From assembly GCA_040881795.1 (NCBI GenBank), contig JBBECN010000235.1, positions 817 through 64,816 of the forward strand: DNA of 64,000 nt, given 5' to 3'. The position numbers and the translations under genes are program-made. Positions 30,384 through 39,501 of the stretch are shown here, piece by piece. The notes beneath the pieces are model-generated. The model saw only the letters and a program-made list of their open reading frames with translations. It did not search any database and was not told the DNA's origin. This DNA is from Akkermansiaceae bacterium. Lineage in GTDB: Bacteria; Verrucomicrobiota; Verrucomicrobiia; Verrucomicrobiales; Akkermansiaceae. The first letter of the stretch is position 1. Every line of letters begins with the position of its first letter.

Positions 30384-30393
30384 CGACGGCCAG

Positions 30394-31440
30394 ATGAGCC
30401 GCCCGAACACCGTCAGAGCCGTTTCCCAGACAGCGATCGCCAAAAAAGCCGGCGTCGCCCGCACCACCGTGTCGCTCGCTCTCCGGGGAGGGGAGGGGCT
30501 CAACTCGGAAACCATCGAACGGGTGATGGCCGCCGCCGAAACGCTCGGCTACCGGCCCAACAATCTGGTCCAGGCGATCCGCAGCGGCAAAAGCGGACTG
30601 ATCGGCGTGATGGTGCCGCCTCACGATTCCTATTGGTCAGACATCCTGCACGGCATCCATGATACACTGGTGAAAAACGACCATGTGCCGCTGGTGTTGT
30701 GGCCCAAGCACCGTCAGCTCCAGCCCGATGAGGAATCCGAGCTGAAGCAGGTCAACCGGCTAATCGACTGGCGGGTGGACGGAGCCATCCTCTGGCCGTG
30801 GTATGCCAACCTCTACCGCACCCACATCACGGAATTGCGCAAACGCGATTTGCCGCTCGTCACCATCGACTCCACCCTGCCGGATTCATTTCACGCCGAT
30901 GCGGTGCTTTCGGACGAACGCCTCGGAACTTCATTCATCGCCGAGCATCTATTAGGTCTCGGGCATCGCCAGATCCTCCATTTCGCCGGCCCGAATTCCG
31001 AAGCCTGGTCGCATGACCGCCGGGATGCCTTCACCGAGGCGATCCGCAGGGAACCCAGCGCCATACTCCACTCCGTTGAGCTGCCATTGACGATTCCCCG
31101 TCCGCCCTTCATCCGCGAGGCGATGCTCGCCGTGCCTCAGGCGACGGCTATTTTTGCGGCGACCGACGAAATCGCCGCCGAAGTCTATCAGATCGCCGCC
31201 GCCCTTGGACGCTCAATTCCCGCCGATCTTTCGGTTGTCGGCTACGGCGATGTGGCGACCTCTGCCTTCCTCAAGCCCGCCCTGACCAGCGTCCGCCATT
31301 GTCCCTATCGCATGGGCAAGATGGCTGCCTCCCTGTTACTCGACCGCATCAGCGGCAAAAGTGACCAGCAAGCGACGCGCGTTGAGCGACTGCCCGTCGA
31401 GTTCGTGCTGCGCGACTCGACCGCCCCGCCACCCCGATGA
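30394..31440 (+). CDS. LacI-family transcriptional regulator
   Basis: SQTAIAKKAGVARTTVSLALRG HTH, GYRPNN, IPADLSVVGYGD, PALTSV and LRDST. Start at MSRPNT avoids overlap with GH130. Confidence 0.95.
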   Translation: MSRPNTVRAVSQTAIAKKAGVARTTVSLALRGGEGLNSETIERVMAAAETLGYRPNNLVQAIRSGKSGLIGVMVPPHDSYWSDILHGIHDTLVKNDHVPLVLWPKHRQLQPDEESELKQVNRLIDWRVDGAILWPWYANLYRTHITELRKRDLPLVTIDSTLPDSFHADAVLSDERLGTSFIAEHLLGLGHRQILHFAGPNSEAWSHDRRDAFTEAIRREPSAILHSVELPLTIPRPPFIREAMLAVPQATAIFAATDEIAAEVYQIAAALGRSIPADLSVVGYGDVATSAFLKPALTSVRHCPYRMGKMAASLLLDRISGKSDQQATRVERLPVEFVLRDSTAPPPR

Positions 31441-32864
31441 GCCAACCAAACCGCCTCACCCGTGACTCTGACGCCACCGTGCGTGAAAAAGCCCTGTGGG
31501 GGCTGGGCGGCTTCGGCGAGAACATGGCCAACAGTGCACTGACCTCGCTGGTCAACGCGATCTATCAGGTCGGCTACGGCCTCAACCCGGTGGTCATCGG
31601 CTGGGTCCTCGCCTCATCGCGGATCTTCGATGCGCTGACGGATCCGTGGATGGGCAACCTGACCGACAATACCCGCAGCCGCTGGGGCCGGCGGCGGCCC
31701 TATGTGGTGGTGGGGGCCATCGCCCTGGCCATCACGTTCGCCTTTCTATGGCTGCCGCCGGCCGGGCTCGGTCCGAGAGGCATCGCGATCTATCTGGGGG
31801 TCGCCGCCTTCTTGTTTTATCTCGCGTTCACCGTTTTCATCATTCCGTATTCGGCGCTTGGCTTGGAGATGGTGACGGATTACCAAGCCCGCACACGCCT
31901 GTTTGTTTTCCGGCTGATCCCGGCCTTCCTCGGTTCGCTGCTGGTCCCCACGCTGTATGCGGCGGCTCGCAGCGACCTGTTTGGAAATAACGAGATGGTC
32001 GGCATGCGCTACGTCGGAATCCTCATCGCCGGGGTGATCCTGCTCACTGCGCTGCCGTCTGGTCTATTCTGCCGCGAGCGCTATGCCCACCGCACGCAGG
32101 AAAAAATAAACCTCCGCCAAGCGGTCCGCGAGACCTTGTCCAACCGCCCGTTTGTCATCCTCATCGGAGCGGTATTGCTCACCTTCATCGGCTTGTTTTG
32201 CGCGATCATCGTCTATAGCAATGTAAACATTTATTATATCTGCGGTGGCGATAAGGATCGTTCCGGAACCATCGGCATGCACATCGGGATCATCAAGGGT
32301 GTCGGCGAGTTGCTGATGTTGCCCTTGTTCACGGTGCTGGCTTCGAGGTTCCAAAAGCACCGTCTTGCTGCGGCCGGCCTCGGCATTTCCGCTGTGGGCT
32401 ACCTGCTTTCACTGGTGTTTTTCACCCCGGAAAGCCCCTACATGTTACTCGTTGCCTACCTACCGGCGAATCTTGGCCTTTGCGCGTGCTGGCTGCTCAA
32501 CGGCTCGATGATGGCCGATGTTTGCGACTCCGACGAACTCCACACTGGCCGCCGCCGTGAGGGCATGTTCAGCGCGGTGTTTTCAATCTGCTACAAAGGC
32601 GGCATCGCCTTGGGGGCCCTATTCGGCAGTTATCTTTTGCACTGGGCCGGTGCCCGCGGCGAAACGGACGCGTCGGCCAGCGTCGTACACCTAGCTCCCG
32701 AGGTGATCGATCAGATCCGCTGGGCTTACGCGTTACCCCCAGCGTTCTGCTTTCTGGGTGCCGCGTGGCTGATGTGGCGTTACCCGCTCACCCGTGAACG
32801 CATGGCGGGAATCCGCCAAACTCTCGACCAGCGCAAGCCTGAGGAAACCTCTCCGCCTGTCTGA
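31437..32864 (+). CDS. MFS glycoside-pentoside-hexuronide (MelB-like) sugar transporter
   Basis: RIFDALTDPWMGNLTDNTRSRWGRRRPY and DELHTGRRREGMF; about 12 TM segments; ATGA overlap with the LacI stop. Confidence 0.93.
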   Translation: MSQPNRLTRDSDATVREKALWGLGGFGENMANSALTSLVNAIYQVGYGLNPVVIGWVLASSRIFDALTDPWMGNLTDNTRSRWGRRRPYVVVGAIALAITFAFLWLPPAGLGPRGIAIYLGVAAFLFYLAFTVFIIPYSALGLEMVTDYQARTRLFVFRLIPAFLGSLLVPTLYAAARSDLFGNNEMVGMRYVGILIAGVILLTALPSGLFCRERYAHRTQEKINLRQAVRETLSNRPFVILIGAVLLTFIGLFCAIIVYSNVNIYYICGGDKDRSGTIGMHIGIIKGVGELLMLPLFTVLASRFQKHRLAAAGLGISAVGYLLSLVFFTPESPYMLLVAYLPANLGLCACWLLNGSMMADVCDSDELHTGRRREGMFSAVFSICYKGGIALGALFGSYLLHWAGARGETDASASVVHLAPEVIDQIRWAYALPPAFCFLGAAWLMWRYPLTRERMAGIRQTLDQRKPEETSPPV

Positions 32865-32993
32865 GACGTCGCGCCACATTCCACATGGCCGCAGGAAAAA
32901 CGGTCCCCTCCCCTGGAACGCGTAAACTGTTGGTCAACCCCAGCGCTACCTCGAATTCCAGACATTCATTGAAAGATTTGGAGTTTTATTTTA

Positions 32994-33007
32994 TTATCAT
33001 AAGATAA
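32994..33007. promoter_or_regulatory. Operator-like palindrome TTATCATAAGATAA (site 4)
   Basis: Ends 3 bp before ATG 33011; one mismatch to the consensus. Confidence 0.7.
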
Positions 33008-33010
33008 TCA

Positions 33011-34282
33011 ATGAATTCATCTCAGCTTTATCCTCTCAATCCACAACGAAGGGCCTCTTTGGGGGGCCCAGCTAAGAGGCACTGGCCTTGCTTGGCGGTG
33101 CTTGCGGCGCTTTTCGGTCCATTCGCGATGCAGGTGGCCGCGGCAGAGCGCATCCCGCCTCCGATCGCGGTGGATACGGGTCCGCTGCTGGTGGGAGCCA
33201 TCCATTGTCCGCTGTGGGATGATGGTAGACGCTGGCAAAGTTTGGCCGCCTTTCCGGATCGCGAACCGTTGCTGGGATTCTATGATGAGGGCGATCCGGA
33301 TGTCACCGACTGGGAAATCAAGTGGGCGCTTGAGCACGGGATTTCATTTTTCCTCACCTGCTGGTACCGTGAAGCGGGCAACTCCGGCCGAGCCGTAAAA
33401 CCGGCACTCGACCACTGGGTGAGCAAAGGGCTGCCCCGCAGTCGTTTCGCCTCGCAGATCAAGTTTGCCCTGATGTTCGAGAACGGCCACCGCGAGTTCG
33501 AGGGTGGCACCTCGCGCACGGATCTGTTGGAGAATTTGCTGCCATTCTGGATCAAGGAATACTTCAAGCGCCCCAACTACCTGGCACTCGACGGCAGGCC
33601 GGTGCTTGCCATTTACAATGTGGACCGTTTCATCGGCGATCTCGGCGGAGCGGACGCGGCTCGCGAGGTGATCGGCGAGATGCGCGCCGCCTGTGTCAAG
33701 GCGGGCTTCGCCGGGCTGTCGGTGTTGGGGCAATCGTGCTGGGGCAATCCGCAGACGCTGGCGAAACGCGCGGAACTCATTCGCCACAGCGGCATGGACG
33801 CGTCCTTCGCCTATCACCTCCCCACTTTTACCGGAGCCTTCCGGGGCAAGCTGAAACCGACGGCGGAGGAAGCCATCACTGCCCAGGAAGATGTTTGGAA
33901 ATCCATGCCGCAGCCAAACATCCCCACCCTCTCGATGGGCTGGGACTCTGAACCCTGGGGATTTTCCGAGTCCAAAATCCAGTGGCGCTTGAGCCCGGAG
34001 GAATACAAAAATCTCTGCCAACGGGCGAAGTCCCTACTCGACTCCCGACCGGTTGGCAAAGTGGAAGACCGCCTTGTTCTGTTAGATAATTGGAATGAAT
34101 TCGGCGAGGGCCACTACCTGATGCCCACGCGCGGCTTTGGCTTCGGCCATCTGGACGCGGTGCGCGAGGTGTTCGCGCCGCTGGCACCGCCGCACACCGA
34201 CATCGCCCCGCTGGATCATGGCTTCGGGCCGTATGATGCGCGATTTCGCTCAGCCACCAGAGCCATCCGCAGAAACCGGTAG
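33011..34282 (+). CDS. GH99-like (WbsX-like) glycoside hydrolase, single domain
   Basis: PLLGFYDEGDPDVTDWEIKWALEHGISFFLTCWY and LDNWNEFGEGH; paralogue of the domain in 3602-8176; signal peptide. Confidence 0.82.
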   Translation: MNSSQLYPLNPQRRASLGGPAKRHWPCLAVLAALFGPFAMQVAAAERIPPPIAVDTGPLLVGAIHCPLWDDGRRWQSLAAFPDREPLLGFYDEGDPDVTDWEIKWALEHGISFFLTCWYREAGNSGRAVKPALDHWVSKGLPRSRFASQIKFALMFENGHREFEGGTSRTDLLENLLPFWIKEYFKRPNYLALDGRPVLAIYNVDRFIGDLGGADAAREVIGEMRAACVKAGFAGLSVLGQSCWGNPQTLAKRAELIRHSGMDASFAYHLPTFTGAFRGKLKPTAEEAITAQEDVWKSMPQPNIPTLSMGWDSEPWGFSESKIQWRLSPEEYKNLCQRAKSLLDSRPVGKVEDRLVLLDNWNEFGEGHYLMPTRGFGFGHLDAVREVFAPLAPPHTDIAPLDHGFGPYDARFRSATRAIRRNR

Positions 34283-34371
34283 CCATGAGCCACCCGTGCT
34301 CCACTGACGGGAGAGGCTCTCGCTGGCTTACGGCAGGCGATGGAAACGAGGTAGGATTTACTGAAGCGCAT

Positions 34372-35149
34372 TCAATCGACGATGCGCTGCTGGTGGGCGG
34401 CGGCGGCGGCGAGGTTGGCGATGTGCCAGGGGTCGGCGGCGGTGTCGAACAGTTCGATGACGGGTTTGGGCTGATAGAACTGGGATTGGATGGGATTGCA
34501 TTTCCCCTGATCGAAGTGTTGCTCCCACGCGTTACAGTTGGCCTGCACGGTGTTGCCGAAGCGGCTGTCGCGGCCGGTTGGGCGATGCGGCATGAAATTG
34601 CGGATGAAGTAGTGACGGCCGTCGGTGACGGCGCGGCTGAAGTCGGGCCGCTCGCCCATTCGGTCGCGGAAAAAGTGGACGGTCTTGGGTTGCGGTTCCG
34701 TATTATTTCCGAGGAAGACGCGGCCTTGCATCAGGGCAGGGATTTCCACGCCGGTCAGCGAGAGCACGGTCTTGGGGAAATCCACGAAGCTGACAATGCG
34801 GTCGAAGGTTTCCCCCGGTTTGGCGGGAGCTTGATGTGTTTGGGATGGATGCGGGCAACTGCGGGCGACTGCGCATCTGATGGGTGCCGGTGGTGCTGGC
34901 ATACATCCCGGTGAGCAGGGTCGAACGCGCGACGGCACAGACCGGGGCGTTCGCGTAGGCGCGGGTGAAACGGATGCCTTCTTCCGCCAGCTTGTCGAGG
35001 TGTGGCGTATGCGCCTCGGTGCAGCCGTAGCTACCGAGGTAGGGGCTGATGTCCTCGCAGGTGATCCAGAGGATGTTCGGGCGTTCGGCGGCCTGGCAGG
35101 GAAGAGCGCAGGCCAGCAGTGCCAGGAGGCGGATTTTCAGTTTCATCAT
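34372..35149 (-). pseudogene. Internally deleted, frameshifted sulfatase
   Basis: The N-part (signal, RPNILWITCED, CAVAR, GTHQMRS) is joined out of frame near 34830 to a C-part (DRIVSFVDFPKTVL, RDRMGER, ELFDTAADPW). The central core is missing and the gene stops early. Confidence 0.85.
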
Positions 35150-35488
35150 CGCAGATGCTACGGGCTGGGTGGTGGCATTATTGCATATCCGTTGCCCAAC
35201 CCGTGGGAATGCTCCCCGCCAATCCAGGACGACGAAGGCAGGGCCCTTTTTCTGAAAGGTCCGGGAGAATGAGGGGCGGAAGAGTGGCCGATCCGGATTC
35301 CTCATTTTCGATCCATTCGCCGGACGCTTCGGAAAAGCGTCCCTGCCAAAGCCCCACCTCGTCGGAAGTGCGTTCCTGCCGGCTGGAGGCGGCAGGGTTC
35401 TCTGCCCTCGGCATGCACACCGAGCTGTCCCTGCCCAGCACCCCCTCGATTTCTCATGATGCTCTGAAAGATTCACCCGTCCATCAGG

Positions 35489-35502
35489 TTATCATACGGT
35501 AA
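35489..35502. promoter_or_regulatory. Degenerate operator TTATCATACGGTAA (site 5)
   Basis: Ends 3 bp before ATG 35506, the same spacing as site 4; two mismatches. Confidence 0.5.
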
Positions 35503-35505
35503 ATA

Positions 35506-36882
35506 ATGAACGTGAGCCAATTTCACCCTATGAAGCAACCGCGATCCGGCCTTGCCATCGCCGCCGCAATGGTGGTATCTGCGGCCGTGGTAACAGCCGA
35601 GCCCAAGTTGCCAACTGACCATATTGCTGCGGCCGTTTGTCCATCAGACATCCGCATCACAGGCGACTGGGAAATCGAAGTTGTGGTGACGCACAAAGGC
35701 CGTGGCGAGGTAAAGCGGAGATTTTCCGTTGCACCGCCGCATTTTGTTTCTGTCACAGACGAACCATGCGGCCCATTGACCGAGTGGATCACTCAGCCGG
35801 GTTGGGCGCGGATGAAAATCCCCGGATTGATGGAGGGCCATCACTGCGCGCGCTTTGTGCTCGATGAAAGCAGTTTGGTGGCGCGTTCGTCACCTGAAGC
35901 GGATGCCACGGTTTTTGAGCGAGGCAAGGATTTCCGCGTGGATGTGGAATGGTGCGGCATCGGGCGCGTTGCCGGCGGGCGCATCGGCGACAGTCAGCCG
36001 GTGTATCTAAGTTATCGTTTTCAAAAACGCCGCCTCGACTCGGTGGTGCTGAACTCGTCTGGCGAACTCGAATTGCGCCGGGGTGAACCGCATATCTCGA
36101 TGCCAGTGCCCCCGCCGATGGCTGAGTGCGAAGTGCGGGTGGCAAATATCTTCATTTCGGAAAATCTCAAGCAGCTCGGATCGGCAAACGTCTTCCCGAT
36201 CCTTGAAACGAGTTTTCCCGAACCGCCCAAACCCTCACCTACCGAAGCCGAGCGCTTGCTGCCCAAAACAATGGCGAAACTCCGTAGCGGTGAACCGCTC
36301 AAAATCCTGGCCTGGGGCGACAGCGTCACCGAAGGCTATCTCGGTGAGGATCAGTGGCAGAAACAATTCGTCCGGCAGCTCAAACAATGGTTTCCGCAAG
36401 CGAACGTCGAACTCGTCACCGTCGGCTGGGGCGCGCACAACTCGCAGGATTTCATGAATGCACCGCCAGGTCACATCCGCAACTTCGCGGAGACGGTGCT
36501 GGCGGCGAAACCCGATCTGGTGGTGTCGGAGTTCGTGAACGACGTGCCGCTCGAAGTGGCGAAGGTCGAGCAGAACTACCATCAGTTCTTAGCAGACTTC
36601 CAGGCGAACGGCACCGAGTGGATTATCCTCACCCCGCACTACAGCACATTCATGAACTGGCCCAGCGAACGCGACCTCGATGACGACCCGCGCGCCTATG
36701 TGAAGATGCTGCGGCAATTCGCGCCGGAAAACAAAGTCGCCCTCGCCGACGCGGCGGCCCGCTACGGACGGCTGTGGCGGCAGGGCATCCCCTATTCGAC
36801 CTTGATGGTCAACACCGTGAATCACCCCGACGTGCGCGGCATGAAGATTTTCGCCGACAGCTTGATGGCCTTGTTTCCATGA
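35506..36882 (+). CDS. SGNH/GDSL hydrolase, candidate glycan acetylesterase, with N-terminal extra domain
   Basis: AWGDSVT (block I), VGWGA (II), EFVND (III) and VNHPD (V); signal peptide. Start may be 35530. Confidence 0.85.
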   Translation: MNVSQFHPMKQPRSGLAIAAAMVVSAAVVTAEPKLPTDHIAAAVCPSDIRITGDWEIEVVVTHKGRGEVKRRFSVAPPHFVSVTDEPCGPLTEWITQPGWARMKIPGLMEGHHCARFVLDESSLVARSSPEADATVFERGKDFRVDVEWCGIGRVAGGRIGDSQPVYLSYRFQKRRLDSVVLNSSGELELRRGEPHISMPVPPPMAECEVRVANIFISENLKQLGSANVFPILETSFPEPPKPSPTEAERLLPKTMAKLRSGEPLKILAWGDSVTEGYLGEDQWQKQFVRQLKQWFPQANVELVTVGWGAHNSQDFMNAPPGHIRNFAETVLAAKPDLVVSEFVNDVPLEVAKVEQNYHQFLADFQANGTEWIILTPHYSTFMNWPSERDLDDDPRAYVKMLRQFAPENKVALADAAARYGRLWRQGIPYSTLMVNTVNHPDVRGMKIFADSLMALFP

Positions 36883-36992
36883 ACCCTACCCGTGGTCTGA
36901 AGGGGCAGGAAATTTGAATCGTGGTGAAGTAGAAGTGATGGAACCTGTTGCCGAGCCCGAGGGCCATGAAACCTGACACGCAATCCTGAACC

Positions 36993-38519
36993 ATGGAAAA
37001 ATGTTGGTTTATCATCTGTTCCGCCATCCTATGGCTCGCCGGGTTTCAAGCCCTATGCGCCCGCCAACCGAACATCTTGTTCATCATCACCGACGACCAG
37101 TCATGGTGCCACACCTCGATCAGCGGTGACCCCGTGGTCCGCACCCCGGGTTTCGACCGCGTGGCGCGCGAGGGCGTGCGATTCGTAAACGCCTTCGCCC
37201 CGGCCCCTTCCTGCGCGCCGATGCGGGCTGCGTTGCTGACCGGGCGCCACCCCTGGCAGATCAAGGAGGGCGCGCTGCTGTTTGGCGGAATTCCGCGCGA
37301 ATATCCGCTCTTCACCCATACCCTCGAAGCGGCTGGATATCAAATCGCCATGGCCTCGAAGGGCTACTGGCCCGGCAACATGGTCGATGAAGCCTACCAC
37401 CGCAACCCACTCGGGAAAGCCTATCACGTCGAGCTGCCAGCCCCCCGCGCCGGCGAAGTCGGCAACTGCGATTACGCCGCCACATTCGCCCGCTTCCTCA
37501 ATGAGCGGGACCCCGCGAGACCGTTCTTTTTCTGGATGGGAATCAGCGAGCCACATCGGCCCTATCAGCCCGGTAGCGGCATCGCCTCAGGCATCGACCC
37601 CGCCGCCATCCGGGTGCCTGGATTTCTGCCGGATCACCCGATCGTCCGCGCGGACCTGGCCGATTATTATCACGAAATCCAGCATCAGGACGCGCACCTC
37701 GTGGCGATGCTCGACGCGCTCGAGGCGACCGGTGAGTTGGACCATACCCTGGTCGTGGTGACTTCCGACAACGGAATGCCCTTTCCACGGGCGAAGGCCA
37801 CGCTTTACGACCACGGCACACGGGTGCCACTGGCAATGCGTTGGGGCGGTCGCATTCCACCCGGACGGACCGACCACCGAATCGTCAACCTGCTGGATCT
37901 CGCCAGGACCTTCCTTGAAATCGCCGGCGCCGAAGTGCCGCGGGGCATGGCCGGCCGCGGTCTGGCAGGTGTGCTGACAACGGCCAAACCGGAACCGGTC
38001 GCAGCGTGTGACGATTTCACGGTAACGGCGATGGAGCGGCATTCGCTCTGCCGCAAGGGTGGTGTCGGTTACCCGATGCGTGCGCTCCGCACTCCCGAGT
38101 GGCTGCTGGTTTGGAACGCCGAACCCGAACGCTGGCCGGCCGGTGATCCACCTCCGTTCCGACCGATCTTCTATCAGGAATACGGCGACGTGGACGAGAG
38201 CCCCACCAAAAGTTTGCTGGTCCGCAACGGCGCGGATCCGCAGATAACGAGGCAGCACCGGATGGCGTATGGAAAACGTCCGGAGTTCGAGTTGTTTCAC
38301 ATCCCCACCGATCCCGATCAAGTCCTCAACCTGGCGGGAGCACCCGCGCACGCCGACACCCTTGAGAGTCTACGCAAACGCCTAACTGGTTTCCTCAAGG
38401 CAACGGACGATCCAAGGGCGGCGAATTCAGGTGCTTCCTGGGACAAGATGCCGTTCTTCCTGCCGGGCCGCCCTCCCCTCCCCGTAACCCGTAAATCTCA
38501 TCCCTTCCTTTTTGAGTGA
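36993..38519 (+). CDS. Sulfatase (S1), N-sulfoglucosamine sulfohydrolase-like
   Basis: PNILFIITDD, SCAPMRAALLTG, EPHRPY and TSDNGMPFPRAKATLYD. Confidence 0.92.
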   Translation: MEKCWFIICSAILWLAGFQALCARQPNILFIITDDQSWCHTSISGDPVVRTPGFDRVAREGVRFVNAFAPAPSCAPMRAALLTGRHPWQIKEGALLFGGIPREYPLFTHTLEAAGYQIAMASKGYWPGNMVDEAYHRNPLGKAYHVELPAPRAGEVGNCDYAATFARFLNERDPARPFFFWMGISEPHRPYQPGSGIASGIDPAAIRVPGFLPDHPIVRADLADYYHEIQHQDAHLVAMLDALEATGELDHTLVVVTSDNGMPFPRAKATLYDHGTRVPLAMRWGGRIPPGRTDHRIVNLLDLARTFLEIAGAEVPRGMAGRGLAGVLTTAKPEPVAACDDFTVTAMERHSLCRKGGVGYPMRALRTPEWLLVWNAEPERWPAGDPPPFRPIFYQEYGDVDESPTKSLLVRNGADPQITRQHRMAYGKRPEFELFHIPTDPDQVLNLAGAPAHADTLESLRKRLTGFLKATDDPRAANSGASWDKMPFFLPGRPPLPVTRKSHPFLFE

Positions 38520-38530
38520 GATGCACCATC

Positions 38531-39289
38531 TCATTTTTTCCTCGGCATTTCCCTGAGTCGGCGCGTGGTGAATTCTTTGGGGGTCATGGTTTCGACATGA
38601 CCATCGACGAACATGATCGGAAGTTTTCCATCCACCAGCAGTTCCAGGAGCGCTGGCTCCTTCAATTCCGCCTCCGAAAAAGTGAACCACCAGTTGCCGC
38701 GCGGAGCAATCAAAGGGGTTCGTGCCGGCTCCGGAATGGAACCCAGCGGGATGCCGTAGGCTTGTGGACCGCCCTTGCCGGCAGACCAATCGCCCGAGGA
38801 CTTCCCAAGATTGTGGCTGATCGAGATATTCATTGCATAGCCTGGGTTCCACCAGTCCCACCCAAATGGCTTCGCGTCTCTTCGCAGTAATGGATTGCGC
38901 AGAAAAGGCTTGTTGGTTTCCCACCATTGAATTGCCTTGAATTCCTTCAACTCGGTGGTCGGATAGAGATCGGACATGAACGTCTCATGCCAATGCAGCT
39001 GGGTGAATCCACCCCTGCCATCCGGGACATCGGCCCGGGGCGCCGGCAGTTGGTTGTTGTTGTCCACCGCGCGCATCGCCACCAGCGCTCCGATCTGCCG
39101 CAGGTTCGCCACCGAGGTCGCAGCATCGGCCTTCCGCTTCATTTTTGGCAGCATGACAAAAATGAACGCCGCGAGTGAAATGAGGATCACGATGACAACG
39201 AGAATCTCGACCAGACTGAAACCCCGCCTCGCGAGCGCAGTCCCTTGGGGGTTGGTCAAATTGCCTTTCCTAGTGGGTTTTGAGTTCAT
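38531..39289 (-). CDS. Prepilin-type N-methylation protein (pseudopilin) with H-X9-DG-like C-terminus
   Basis: RRG|FSLVEILVVIVIL with Glu5; ANLRQIG; YAMN; IMFVDGHVE. Start MNSKPT (39289). Confidence 0.9.
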   Translation of the reverse strand: MNSKPTRKGNLTNPQGTALARRGFSLVEILVVIVILISLAAFIFVMLPKMKRKADAATSVANLRQIGALVAMRAVDNNNQLPAPRADVPDGRGGFTQLHWHETFMSDLYPTTELKEFKAIQWWETNKPFLRNPLLRRDAKPFGWDWWNPGYAMNISISHNLGKSSGDWSAGKGGPQAYGIPLGSIPEPARTPLIAPRGNWWFTFSEAELKEPALLELLVDGKLPIMFVDGHVETMTPKEFTTRRLREMPRKK

Positions 39290-39300
39290 TGAATGCCCAT

Positions 39301-39314
39301 ATATCATATGATAA
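39301..39314. promoter_or_regulatory. Operator-like palindrome ATATCATATGATAA (site 6)
   Basis: Begins 12 bp upstream of the pseudopilin ATG. Confidence 0.75.
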
Positions 39315-39467
39315 CTCAGGCCTGTCAAATGAAATTCCTGAAATCTTCAAAAATGACGAATGACCAAGAATGTTTCTCATCCGTTCATTTTCCGTTGCCT
39401 CGGACAAACTTTTTATGCCAGAGTATCACGATATTCGTGAAAAGACTGTCGTTTTTGCGTGTATCTG

Positions 39468-39481
39468 ATGTCATATGACAG
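39468..39481. promoter_or_regulatory. Operator-like palindrome ATGTCATATGACAG (site 7)
   Basis: Perfect 12-bp core TGTCATATGACA, about 20 bp upstream of ATG 39502. Confidence 0.75.
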
Positions 39482-39501
39482 ATCAAACATACCCCAAGCG
39501 C

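Noticed and set aside
35150-35476. Upstream extension of the sulfatase pseudogene ORF, or a separate small gene
   Set aside because: No motifs are recognisable and the sulfatase signal peptide starts at 35149; treated as intergenic or decayed DNA.
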